DNA of 64,000 bases, taken from Sphagnum compactum (Eukaryota). Below the pieces are notes generated by a model, which saw only the letters and a list, made by a program, of their open reading frames with translations, ran no database searches and was not told the DNA's origin. The position numbers and the translations under genes were made by a program. The stretch covers positions 19,582,213 through 19,646,212 of the forward strand of contig OZ234493.1 in the NCBI GenBank assembly GCA_965153455.1, written 5' to 3'. Below, piece by piece: positions 27,508 to 39,260 of this stretch (positions are counted from its first letter, which is position 1; each line of letters opens with the position of its first letter).

Positions 27508-30000
27508 TGTGAGAAATTCTTGCACTCCTTCCACATGAAGATATGCACTCACAGACTCACTTGAGGGTGGAATTACTATGTAGTTGTATTCTAACAAGTT
27601 AAGGTGGTTCAATGTAATGTAATGAAATTCATTAATAATCTCATGCGTTGTGTTCACTTGGAAGATACCAAAACATTGTGGGAGAACCAAAACTCACCAT
27701 GATGGAATGTGAAGGAACATTATGTTGAGGTTAAATCCATGTTCACGCTTGATGATTGAATCCCCTTCGTTCCATTCGTCACAATATCCTCATACAACCT
27801 CCTAGTCTAACATGCATTGGGTTTTCGAAAAGCTAATATTAAAGGAGCAATGTTACAAAGTATTAGAAGTTTTTATTTCTGAAATCAAGAATTATGCCTC
27901 GAAACAAAGAAACTAATTTGACCAAATTTGAGGAAAAAACAGACAATTTCAACCCCCTCTACTTCCGGCAAGTGTAGCTTCCGTGCAGCAAACCCGATGA
28001 TGCTGAAATTTTGGGAGAACCTTTTACACCTCCTAAACTGAAACTGTTCAAAGTTTGAAACAAATCCAACGGTGGATTTGAGAGGAAAAACTATTTTAAA
28101 TAAGAATCCACAGGCTTGTTCATGGAAATCCTTCCATGAACCCCACTACAACTACTTGCCACACACAACTTCCTTCCATGCTCTTTTGTTTGCACACATT
28201 TTTTTTTCATGAACAACACTTTCTCACACATAAGAACTAATTCTTCTCTCACACACTCATTCTCTTCTTTTTTCCTCCGAAAAACACACAAGATACCACT
28301 TTCTTTGGTAAGCCTCCCATACCCCCTCCTTGAGCTTATTCTCCTTGTCCAATGGAAGTTTTGAAATCTTTCCCTCCAATTAATGGCCTCCTCATCCTTC
28401 ATGAACCAACGAGAGTCCAGAATGATTTTTCTTTTCTATGGAATTTAAGATGAGAATCATTATGCCCAATGAAACACTAAAAATGTTCTATTTTCTAATC
28501 AAATAGGATGATAATCCTCATGACCAATGGAATTGGAGGATTCATCCTTTTCCTTATCTTAAACATCTTGATGGGGTTCTTGAGCTCAATCATTGTCAAT
28601 TTCGTCCGTTTGAATTAACATCCTATTTCTTCATCCTAATTATTCTAAGTAACTAAATATTGGGATAATTTACTAGTAGTAATAAGTAACCATCCTTGAG
28701 CTTCCATTTGATTAAATCAACTCAACGGTAGTAATAACCTTTTCGTGTACCATTTACTCTTTTAATATTCCCTAGTTATTTTTTACTGTGTACTAAATAA
28801 TTATGTAGTACATAGTAAATTAGAATTAAATTTGGAATTACAAGGATTCCCATGTACTTCTAGATCCACCATCAATATTAAGGCTTCACGAATTTGTTGG
28901 AACTAAGATGTCCGGGTTTTCACGAAGTTCTGCCGTCATTGCCACGCCTTATGCCTACCCTAATCTCTTGAATAAAAGCAACGACCCCCTTCGAATGTAA
29001 ACGCTAAATTGTTTTGGCTACCTTTCGGTTTTTGTTGATGCATGTGAAAATTTAGTCATGGCGGATGATGTTGCTACGCCCTCGAATCCTCCAATTGCAC
29101 CAATAGAAAATGAAGAGCTTGAAGAAGCACCGCTTGACGTAGCATCACTTGACATGAATATCTTTCAACGGTCGCGTGAAAAAGAACCGTCCAGAAGAGT
29201 GGTGCGCATTCGAATCGATCGTTTGGCATGGGATCGTCGATTGTCTCCTAACCCACATGCTTTAGCAATTTATTTAGAATTTGTTCCTGCTCGTGGAACT
29301 GCGCCAGAAAGGTTTAAAGAGTGTCAATGTAAACACGACGATGTTCGTCTTCATTGTCGAACTTGGGTTCCTGGTGATGGCCATTATCATTGGCCACGAG
29401 GCCCAATCAACCCCCTTTCCATGGAGCATCGAACCGAATACCTAGCTTGCACCATTCGTCGCATTCAGGATTTTTTGCAATTGTCATCTATCCCCTCTAA
29501 GTCGTTTACTAATTTGTAATTCACCTGAGGCTACTCAGGTGAAAATGTTAATACTTGAGTTTGATTTTGATTCTATTTAAGAATCTGATAGAAGTGAAAA
29601 CTAAAAAAAGATGTATTGGGACTGCATCCTAGAAATCTTACAAGTACATCATTAATGTTTGAAGATTATTCTACAGACTAATTTAATATTGTCATGGCAA
29701 AATGTTAATGTTAGTTATGGGCTTGTATTCCCAATATATTAGTAAAATCAAATCTAATTCTACATCCTTTTTCACCTCTCTACAACCTAAAAGGATAATG
29801 CACTTTAAAAGGTTTACGTAGGTCCTAAAATTAACTAAACGTTACATCATCTTAAATAAAGAAGTTCTCTACACTTGGAAATATCCAAAGGCTAATTCAC
29901 CTATTAATAATTATTATTTGGAGGTTTATAAGGATTCAAATCATTATTACTAAGGAAAGTTATGGAACTAAAGCTTAACAATTTGTTGAATTATAATCCA
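27508..30000. mobile_element. 2.5 kb LTR-like insertion nested in the SWIM domain
   Basis: TG...CA ends flanked by TGGGCG (27502-27507, 30001-30006). Removing it restores E-W-A-L-R-G-N-L-C-K-H. Segment 27508-28924 has LTR-like TGTGA...TCAC(G) ends. Confidence 0.75.
29058..29519 (+). CDS. Hypothetical 153-aa protein inside the nested insertion
   Basis: Intact ATG-to-stop ORF, more GC-rich than its flanks, acidic N-terminus and Cys/His cluster (CQCKH...HC...HYH). No family recognised. Confidence 0.4.
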   Translation: MADDVATPSNPPIAPIENEELEEAPLDVASLDMNIFQRSREKEPSRRVVRIRIDRLAWDRRLSPNPHALAIYLEFVPARGTAPERFKECQCKHDDVRLHCRTWVPGDGHYHWPRGPINPLSMEHRTEYLACTIRRIQDFLQLSSIPSKSFTNL

Positions 30001-32790
30001 TGGGCGTTGCGTGGAAACTTGTGTAAACATCAAGTTGCCATTTTTCTTACATGTATCGATTTCACTAAAGAAAATATCATTCAATATTGTGGGACATGGT
30101 ATGGATATGATTATGCAGGTTTTGTTGCCATGTTTGCAGACCCTACCTATTTGCACATTTATGATAATGAATCTGATGATGAAGAGGTCGATGAAGATCA
30201 CTCTGAAAAACCATGGGTTGTTGATATGTGCGAGCTTATGAGATCGGATGATACCTCCCCCAATGTGGAAAAAGAACAAAGATCACAACCAACCTTCAAG
30301 TTCATCCACCCCCACAGAGAAAGCGCTTGTTCGAATGGGTGACATAATGCAAGAAATCATCAATGAAGTCAAAGAAGGTGGGGTTCAACTCATAGACCAC
30401 ACCACATCATTGTTGCGTGTTATTACAACAGATGTATAAGGTATTCGCCTTTCCAAAGTGAATGAAGTCATGCATCCCAAGCATGGTATTTCATTACATC
30501 AATGATGGACTTGGTAATTTAATGCACCGGATGAAAGATTGGCATGAGACGATGTTAGAACATGGAAATATCCGTAAAAAGAGGGCTGATGAGTAAAAAA
30601 AACACAAATTTGTTTGTACCTATCCCCCATTTTAAATTTCCATTACTAAAATGTGCATCATATTACAATTGTGTCAAAGAATAGATTATTTATGTGTTAA
30701 TGTGTTGATTTTTCTATCAGTGAACATATAGGGTTTGAAAGTTAAAGTTACATTATTAAGGCTATAGAACACATATCTTCTAAAACTCCCAAACAAGAAT
30801 ATTTCACTCAAACATCATATAAAGGTGGGTATAAAAAGTCAATTGTACAATAATCACCAGGTTAATACATGGGTAATGCTTACCCATCTTGTTTCTTGTG
30901 GCATTTAATTGGTATTGCATATAATTTTATATCTTTCATGGGTATTAATCATGTTAGATGAAGGTATTGCAAATTCCCTACTCCTTCCAGAGGGGCATTT
31001 GACCACTTAATGCAGGTATTGTCCTAACTTTTTCATTATAATGATGATTTGCTTTAGTTATAAATGTCATTTGGATATTTCTTATTGCATTTGGTCCATT
31101 AAATGTAGGTATTGCATTTGGTGAACAAGATTCCCCTAAGTAAACCTAGATGATGAAGGACTAAGATTTTGCAATACCTACATAATAAATTTTTATTAAC
31201 CAAAAGGGGGCTTTTGGTGAGGGTCCACAATATAAATTTATGTAGGTATAATGATAAGCTTACTACTATGGTAGATTGGTAATATTACATTATAGTAATA
31301 AAAGAAAAATTACCTTAATGATCACCTTAACACTCATTATAAATGATGTAGGTATTGCAAATTAAGGTTTGGAAAAATTAGGACACGCTCACAGTCAATG
31401 CTTACACCTAAAGATGAAGGTATTGATAATGGTTAATTTTTTAAAAATAGGTATCTTTTGGATACGTCTTATTGTTTTTATAAAATAAATGCATGTATTG
31501 CATTTGGTAAAAAAGATGATATTACATAACCTTAGATGACAAGGGAATAGGTTTTTGCATTATGAAATCAAGGGGGGTTACATAACATAGATTTACCTAG
31601 GTATTGCAATTTGGGATTTAACATATGGTGATAAGGTACGATATTACAAATTGAAAACTTTAACCTTCATCATGTATACATTACAACCTAATGCATGCAT
31701 AACTTTCAATTTGAAAAATTAAGCAAACTTATATAATGAACCTTAAAATGTTGAGTTAAAACATTTTTATCTAACAAAAAATCCTTACATTGACCCTAAA
31801 TTAAATAAACACAAAAAGAATTGGTTGCATAACTTTAGTGGTGGAATTTAATAATTTTTTAAAAACTAAGTGTTAAACCTAATTTTGGAATTATTTTTGC
31901 ATAACCCTAAATTGTGTACATATTATCAACTTATGTTTTAGACCTAATTTGGGGAGGACCCCAACCAGTGGGAAGGTTTTTTTATCATTCATACCTTTGT
32001 CACGGAATCATCTTCACTTTCCTCTCTTGTCATGAAAAAGAAAAGAAAAATAGGAACCTTGTTAGATATATGTGTGTATGTGAATACATAAATTCACTTA
32101 AAAAAATTTCATGAAAATAATATAAATGTTAAGAAAAAGGTTACCTTAAAACAATTAATGACAAAAAGGTGGGCTTAATTTCCTTAAACCCAATGTCCCC
32201 CCTATTTATTTGAAACATATATTAGGCAAAAGTTTAGATTAGGGTAATGGAACATGAACATGAGTTGGTTGATATGTGGGTATTGCAAATTTGAAATGCT
32301 TTATGGAGAACCCAACGATAAATAAGAGAAGATCAAAAGTTTGCAATACGTGCATAGACAAATCGATTTATGCACCAAGGGGTCTTTTCATGAAAATGGG
32401 CAATGTAATTATATAAAAATATTAAATTACATTTTTTCGTTAAGGTTATTGTGTGAGCATTTCATGATAAGGATAATGAAGGTATTGTTTAAATGCTCTA
32501 GCATGGCCGCAAAATGTGCTAACCCTATTAAATGAAGGTATTGCTTATTTGGTTTATAGTAAATGTAATCCATTCGTAATGGATGGGGATATTGTGTAAC
32601 ACGGCATAAGATTAACCCAAAATCTAAAAATCCCAAAATTAGAGGTCAAAATTAAAACAAGTGGATTAATACAAAAGTGTTCAAGTAACCACACTATAAA
32701 AAGGATGGTGACAAAAATATATCATTCTAAATTCATCTATAATGGTTCGATACAAAATGGTGCATATGTGCATTAAAGTTATATCTATAA

Positions 32791-34297
32791 TTATTCCTCC
32801 TCCGAGGATGAACTAAAAGGAATGCCCATACTGGTGCGATATTCTGCTGAAATTTTTACAGCTTTTGCTGCATGGTGATGAGTAAATAGTTGACGATGTT
32901 CAAGCACAAGTTGAATTGCATTTGCAACAAAAGCTCCCTTGTTGTGCCCCGAAGCCTAACACAAGAAAACAAAAAAACAAATTACATTCCAATGTTAAGA
33001 TGCAAACAATGTTTATATATATATATATATATATATGGAAATATATCGCCCATGAATGATTTCAGAATCATGATACTTGGATATTGCATCCATTTCTTTT
33101 ACTCGGTTACATTTACTAGATTCCAATGTCTAATTCTGAGTGCTTCATGCAACTTTCAAAGGCTTTGCATAAGCAACTTTGCTTGCCCGAATTGTCTCAA
33201 CAAGGTTCTCGCCCTTTTCAAGGCGTGCCCATGCACTTTGTGGGATGAACCCACCCCCCATGCTGGAATCCCAATGATGCCCAACAAGATTTTGGAGGCT
33301 AAAAGTACCAACAAAGGCCGTTTAACTTGTTCCATTTGTTGCGCTTGGGTTTGGAGTTCATCCCATTCTAAAGTTTTTTTTTTCATTATATCGAAAGCTT
33401 TCTTTTCATTCCGCTTTCGCCTTGCATGTGGGTTGCTCAAAATTTGAGCATTCATAGCATGGTGATTTTGTTGCCTTGGTCCCCCAACACGAGTAGAAGG
33501 ACCCAGATTTGCCTACCTCCATGTGAAGCCCGTGTTTGTTGTCCAAATGCTGACGAAGTAACCATTTAGTCACATAAGCGTTGGTTCATCCATTGATCTT
33601 ACACTTCCACCTTGACCTTTTGTGCACCCATTTTGCATATTCCATTACATGATTTGGTGGTACTTCTACTTGATCATTTTCATGTGAAGCCACCGGAGCC
33701 CCTACAAGAACAACATTCAAAATCAAACCAGAAAATAGTCCTTAATAATGATGAAAGTATTGCAAACAAGCTAACAATAAAAACTTACAAAATATGAAGG
33801 TATTGCAAATAGACCAGCAAGAAAACCCTACACAATATGAAGGTATTGCAAATAAATTAGCAAGAGATTTTTAAAAATATGGAGGCATTACAAACTAGCA
33901 AATAAACATTAAATACAAGGAGGGCATTGCAAATAGGCTAGAAATTAAAACCTTCAAACAATAGGGATATTGCTTGGAAAAAATTGGGCAAACAAATACC
34001 CCATCCCCATTTTCAAATAAAGAATGAAGATGGGGTTTAAGGTTTGGATTGGGATTTTTTATTCGTAATGTGTTGCATTACACTATTAAAAACCCTATCA
34101 TGTGAAATGTATCATCCATCACAACAAATTTACTTTCAAAAATAGGAGTGGGATTAAGGTTTACCTTCAAAAGTAGGAGTATAGATGATAATTTTTTTTT
34201 CCACTTCAATTTCCTCTTCATTTGCTACAACATTCACTTGTTGATTATCAACAGTCACCTTTTTTTGGCGTTTAAGTTTCTTCCAGGGATGTGCCAT
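32791..34297 (-). pseudogene. Second MULE gene: 3-exon C2H2 zinc-finger protein, convergent with the transposase, decayed
   Basis: Exon 1 34297-34165 (MAHPWKKLKRQKKVTVDNQQ...TPTFE, phase-1 GT) joins in frame to exon 2 from 33701 (GAPVASHE...WKCKING*TNAYVTKWLLRQHLDNKH...NPHARRKRNEKK...). Exon 3 32955-32791 is open (ASGHNKGAFVANAIQLVLEHRQ...SSSSEEE*). Stop at the second Cys position; frameshifts in exon 2. Confidence 0.72.
33745..33980 (+). repeat. ~43-bp tandem repeat in intron 1 of the zinc-finger gene
   Basis: ATGAAGGTATTGCAAA-like cores at 33756, 33799, 33842, 33884, 33923, 33966. Confidence 0.8.
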
Positions 34298-34849
34298 CCT
34301 ACAACAAAAGCACTCAAATCCTTAAACAACAATCAATCCAAAAAAGAAAAACAAAAGCTTGGATCTCCCCAACAATAGCAATTGCCACCACTACCCAAGA
34401 ACTTCAAGCTCCCTTAAACAAATAATTGCAAAAGGGATAGTAACTTATTTTTCCAACTTGCTACAACTTTTTAATACAAAAACAACAACTTGAAACAAGA
34501 CGAATTATAAATTTAAATGTTCCCAATATCAATAATAAATATTGTTCATTATATTTAAATGCTTAAAAGCCCTATACCTTAGAAGTTTTATTTTCGATTA
34601 AAATGAATTATTATAGGCTAATTATAAAATTTAATTATTGTAACTATATTTTTCATTATAATCAAATTGAATTAATATAAAAATCATAAAGTTATATTAT
34701 TAAATTTATTTTTTATTATAATTATTTGGTTATATTCAATAATTATTTACATGATTTCATTATAAATAATTTTTTTATAATTGAAATTTTATTAATAATT
34801 ACATTAAATCTTGGGCATGACACGTGGTGCTTTTGTGTATAACAACTAA

Positions 34850-37085
34850 AAAAACAACAGAAGACGATGACAAGCCCAGATCTTGGTTCATCGTCGTCTT
34901 TTGCACTTGAGGAAAAAAATCAAGAGACGACAACAAATCGACAGGTTCGTTGTCATTTTCTGCACTTGAAAAAAAACCCAAGAGATGACAACGAGCCGGA
35001 GCCCCTTAGCTCGTCGTCATCTTTTGCATTTGAAGAAAAAAACCAAAAGACGGTGATGAGCCTCTCGGCTTGTCTTCATCTTTTGCACCTAAGAAAAAAA
35101 CCAAGAAATGACGACGAGCCTCCCGGTTCACTATCATCTGCTACACCTGAGAAAAAAACAAAGAGATGACAATGAGCTAGGGATGCTCGTCATCATCTAC
35201 TACACATGAAAAAAAAAACAAAAAAATGATGACGAGCTAGGGAGGCTCGCCATCATTTGCTACACCTAAGAAAGAAAACAAACAGATGACGATGAGCCTC
35301 TTGGCTTGTCGTCATCTTCTACACCTGAGGAAAAAAAACAAAGAAATGATGACGAGCTAAGGAGGCTTGCCGTCATCTACTACACATGAGGAAAAAAAAA
35401 AAGATGACGACGAGCCTTTCGGCTTGTCGTCATCTTTTACACCTGAGAAAAAAAACAAAAAGATGACGATGAGCCAGGAGGCTTGTCGTCATCTTCTACA
35501 CTTGAGGAAAAAACCAAAAGACGTTCATTGCATTCCTTGTTCTTTCCCTGCATTTTTCAACAGCTGAAGAAAACCAAATAAATGCAAATTGTTGTGGTTA
35601 TACTGTGGGGTGCTTACAATAGCCTAGTAGATTCATAGGGAAAGCTCTGAATGACCTCCATGAACAGGAGAACATTTTATTCTGTAGAGAAAGAGAAGTC
35701 ACTAGCAGTATAAAAACTTGCAAAGAAAGTCAGGGCATGAGTGAAATTTCTTCTCTAAAGAAGAATCAAGAAAGAAAAAACAAATTAAAGGACTCTCAAG
35801 AGTCCTTGTGCTCCAAATCTTTGCTTCCAATTGCAACAATTTTGAATTCGGCATGCAAAGTTGAGGAATGGGTCAACTTCAAAATTGTGCTAGCTGTGAA
35901 CTTTATAATGTTTGTGCACACATGCTTTTTCAGAAGTGCAATTCACATGACACAATGATGACATCCAATTACCCAGGTTGAAGCACTAGGATATGTTTGG
36001 GTTAGTCATGAAAGAAGCCTCAAGGTAAGAAAAGTCTTCAGACCTCACATGTTAGTCTATTCACACCCTTTATACTACTCCCTTTGTGTGCACGGAATTT
36101 GTCTATGCATTGGTTTCCTTGTGGTACTTTTACTTTCACACAATTGAAGCAAAACAACTGAAGACAACAATAAACCAGGATCCCGGCTCGTCGTTGTCGT
36201 TTTCTACACTTGAGGAAAAAAATCAAGAGATGACGACAAGCCTCTCGACTTGTCATTGTCTTCTGCACCTATATAAAAAAATGCAGAAATTGACAACAAG
36301 CTGGGAGGCTCGTTGTCATCTTTTACAATTGAAGCAAAACAACTAAAAACAACGACGAGCTAGGATCCCGGCTCGTCGTCGTCTTCTGCACTTGAGGAAA
36401 AAACCAAGAGATGACGAGGAGCCTCTTGGCTCATTGTCATCTTCTACAATTGAAGAAAAAAATGTAAAAAACGATAGTGAGTCGAGAGGTTCGTTGTTGT
36501 TTTCTAGAACTAAAGGAAAAAAAACCAAGGGCGACAACGAGCTAGGATTCCGGCTTGTTGTTGTCTTGTGTAATTGAGAAAAAAAACATTAAAAGGCAAC
36601 GACGAGCTGGGAGGCTCATCGTCTTTTGTGATTGGAGAAAAACAATCAAGGATGATGACGAGTTGAGATCCTAGCTTGTCGTCATCTTCTACAAATGAGG
36701 AAAAAAAACAAAGAGACGAGGATGAGTCGGGAGGCTTGTTGTCATCTCCTACAACCCAAGAAAAACCAACATCAAGGTTTTTTTTCTTGGGTTGTAGAGG
36801 ATGATGACAAGCCGGAAGGCTTGTCATCCTCTTTTGGGTTTCTATGTTTTTTTTTCATGAATTATAGAAGACGATGATGAGTGGGGAGGCTCGTCATTGT
36901 TTCTTGCAATGCAAGAAACAAAAATAGAAGACAAGGACGAAACACATTCATTGTTGTCTTTTGCCCTGGTTTCATAAGAAGGACAGAATACAACAACAAA
37001 CATTGCATTTGTTGTCATCTTCTGCCGTAATCTCATAAGGACAGTAGAAGACAAAAATGAGTGCAACATTCATAATCATCTTCTT
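34850..37085. repeat. Right subterminal array of ~58-60 bp hairpin units
   Basis: Consensus GATGACGACGAGC-(5-8 nt)-GCTCGTCGTCATCTTCTACACxTGAGGAAAAAAA; more than 20 decayed copies; interrupted by non-repetitive DNA at ~35525-36140. Confidence 0.9.
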
Positions 37086-38779
37086 TGCAAGGGAACAAAA
37101 GTGAAAAAGCCTTTTCAACATCGTTTTTTGTAGCACCGCTTCTGTTCTTGAGTGGTGGTGAGGTTTAGGGTTTTTGCTGGGGTGGAGCTAGGTAGTTGGG
37201 GTTTGAAATGCTTGGGCAGTCAAATAGATTTTTTTTATGGGTAGCCTTGAAGTAAGTGAGGGAAAAAAAAATGACCCAACCTCAATGCCTACAGTAGATC
37301 CAATAATTGGGATGAACTTGAGTTCATCCCAAATGGAATTGGTGTAGTCATGGGGGCTGGGTCACTCCGACTCGGGCAGTAGCGTTTACTCCACAAAGGG
37401 TGTGCATGTGCAGTGGAGCCGAACTTGGGCTTAATTCCAGTAAATCCCGTGGTGGAGGGTTTTATCATAGGTAAATATCTTACAAAATTTTATTATTTTT
37501 TGTTGCGTTGGGCTTCAAAATGTAAGAGCAAGATATAATCAAAATAAGATGAAATGTCCTTGTTAGGTTGTGGTCCATCCCCATTAAATCTTTTAAGACT
37601 ACAACATGTGCATTTTATGTTCTTTGAAGATCATAACATTCATGCATGCAAGGCCAAACATATCTTGACCAAAATTGTTTATGTTCTAATGTGTGTGTGC
37701 ATGTATATCATATTGTTGGGTATAGGTATTAGATGATCATTGGGCTGTAATGCATGGTGTCCTTATACAACAACCATTTCACTAGAATGCATGTTGATAA
37801 AATGGGGCCAAACAATATTATTGAGGTCAAAGTCAAACTTGACATGTAAACATAAGGTATGACATACACTATATGTATCACCATTCAACATCCACTTGAA
37901 GAACCTTAGATAAATAGCTACAAGTCTCTTGACATTTAAGAATGCATGGACATGCATTTTGGAATCATAGGCTTAAGGTCAATATCAGTTTCAAGATTTT
38001 GTATCTTGATTGGGGTGTGTTGGCTTTACACTACATTTGTGCAGGCTTGCACAATACTCTAAATAATGCATACATATCTTCAAGTGACTAACTTTTGTGT
38101 GCGTCGTAGGCAATCCAAGTGGAAGATGGCGAGAAGTTGAAATTGTTCATGGACATGGTTAAAAAAATAATCATCTAGAGTGGTAATTCAACCCCGTATA
38201 TGGTGACACATCACATTGGTATGTTTTAAGCTTAAATGTTCATGATATTCAAGTCCTTTTTGAAAACCATCACATATTCAATCCATGTTGTAGGCACCCT
38301 AACTTGATGTTTAATGCAAATGTGTAACCTTAAACATAATAACATGCAACTTCTCTTAGAACCTTAGATCTACGACTTGCACTTTGATGAGGTATTTTTA
38401 ACATGTTGTGATGCAGAAAACTTTAACAACTTGCAAATTCATTGAACATCTTGGTAGCAATGGTTGGTGAGGTGAAGTGAGTGAGGTGCTATTACACTTG
38501 TGATTTTCCAACAATAGTTCCATTCATGCCAAACCTAGTGAAATCCCCATGAAACTTAAGAAATTAATGTTTGTGTATTGTAATGAGTATTGAGTCCCAC
38601 ACATGTACATTTTAAGTTTTTAGCATTGCAAATGAAAATGTTACAATTTCAACTTTGCACCTTGAAGCTTGAAATTAAGACCCTAAACCAACCAAAATGG
38701 AGTACACAGTGACCATTACAAAAATATGTGGTCATGTTTAAACCATACAAAAAGTTTAGAATACATTTCCACTGAGACA

Positions 38780-39260
38780 AATCCATTCATGGACCATGGA
38801 ATGGAAATCAACATACAAATTGAAACCACCCAAAGTGAACACTAAACCAAACAACACACATAAAATGGGTGTATTAAACCACCAAGACACAACCCACCCA
38901 AATTCAACATAATGGACGAAACCACTAGGAAAACCAAACTAATAAGTCAGACAAGACCACTAGAAAAACCAAAACATGGGTGGAGCCATAGCGACCATCA
39001 CAATGAACAAAACCACTAAAAACAAGTGGGTGTAATGGACAAAACCATTGAAATGATTATCATAGTGAACGAAATCATTGAAAATAAGTGAGTGGAATGA
39101 ACAAAACCACCAAAAATAGGTGGGTGGAAAAAACCACTGAACTAACATGAAAAAAATAAATTGCTAAACTCATTCCTATGGATTGATCCATTACATGAAA
39201 TGGGCAAAGAAACAAAAATGAAAATGGAGAAAAAAAACCACCACCAAGTAACCATGAAAT
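38780..39260 (+). repeat. Degenerate ~35-45 bp tandem repeat
   Basis: Recurrent ATG(G/A)AC(G/A)AAACCA(C/T)T..AAA cores. Confidence 0.55.

Larger units (their letters stand above)
25088..30596 (+). pseudogene. Disrupted multi-exon MULE transposase with SWIM zinc finger
   Basis: ATG 25088; intron 25367-25464; motifs AYIPHARISEFLNGE, YTCGYGPE, MDATFGTN (26049), CFIVDDAPQE, TQASIESYH, RLDWLV. SWIM CCTCEWA|LRGNLCKH is split at 27507/30001. Ends RKKRADE* at 30596. Several stops and frameshifts. Confidence 0.88.
22208..37371 (+). mobile_element. Complete ~15.2 kb Mutator-like element (MULE)
   Basis: Left TIR GCCAGAGTGAACCAGCCCCCATGACTGCACCAGTT (22208-22242) matches the reverse complement of the right end, GTCGGAGTGACCCAGCCCCCATGACTACACCAATT (37337-37371). 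Flanking direct repeat TCGGGCAGTAG at 22197-22207 and 37372-37382 (11-bp TSD, or 9 bp if each end is drawn 1 nt wider). Contains a MULE/SWIM transposase. Confidence 0.9.

Noticed and set aside
32890-33447. 185-aa + strand ORF
   Set aside because: Antisense shadow of the minus-strand zinc-finger gene; runs through a TA microsatellite.
34850-37085. CRISPR-like appearance of the palindromic repeat array
   Set aside because: Eukaryotic context, degenerate repeats, no unique spacers and no cas genes; it is a transposon subterminal array.
37550-38640. Possible decayed coding sequence on the minus strand
   Set aside because: No motif recognised and many stops.
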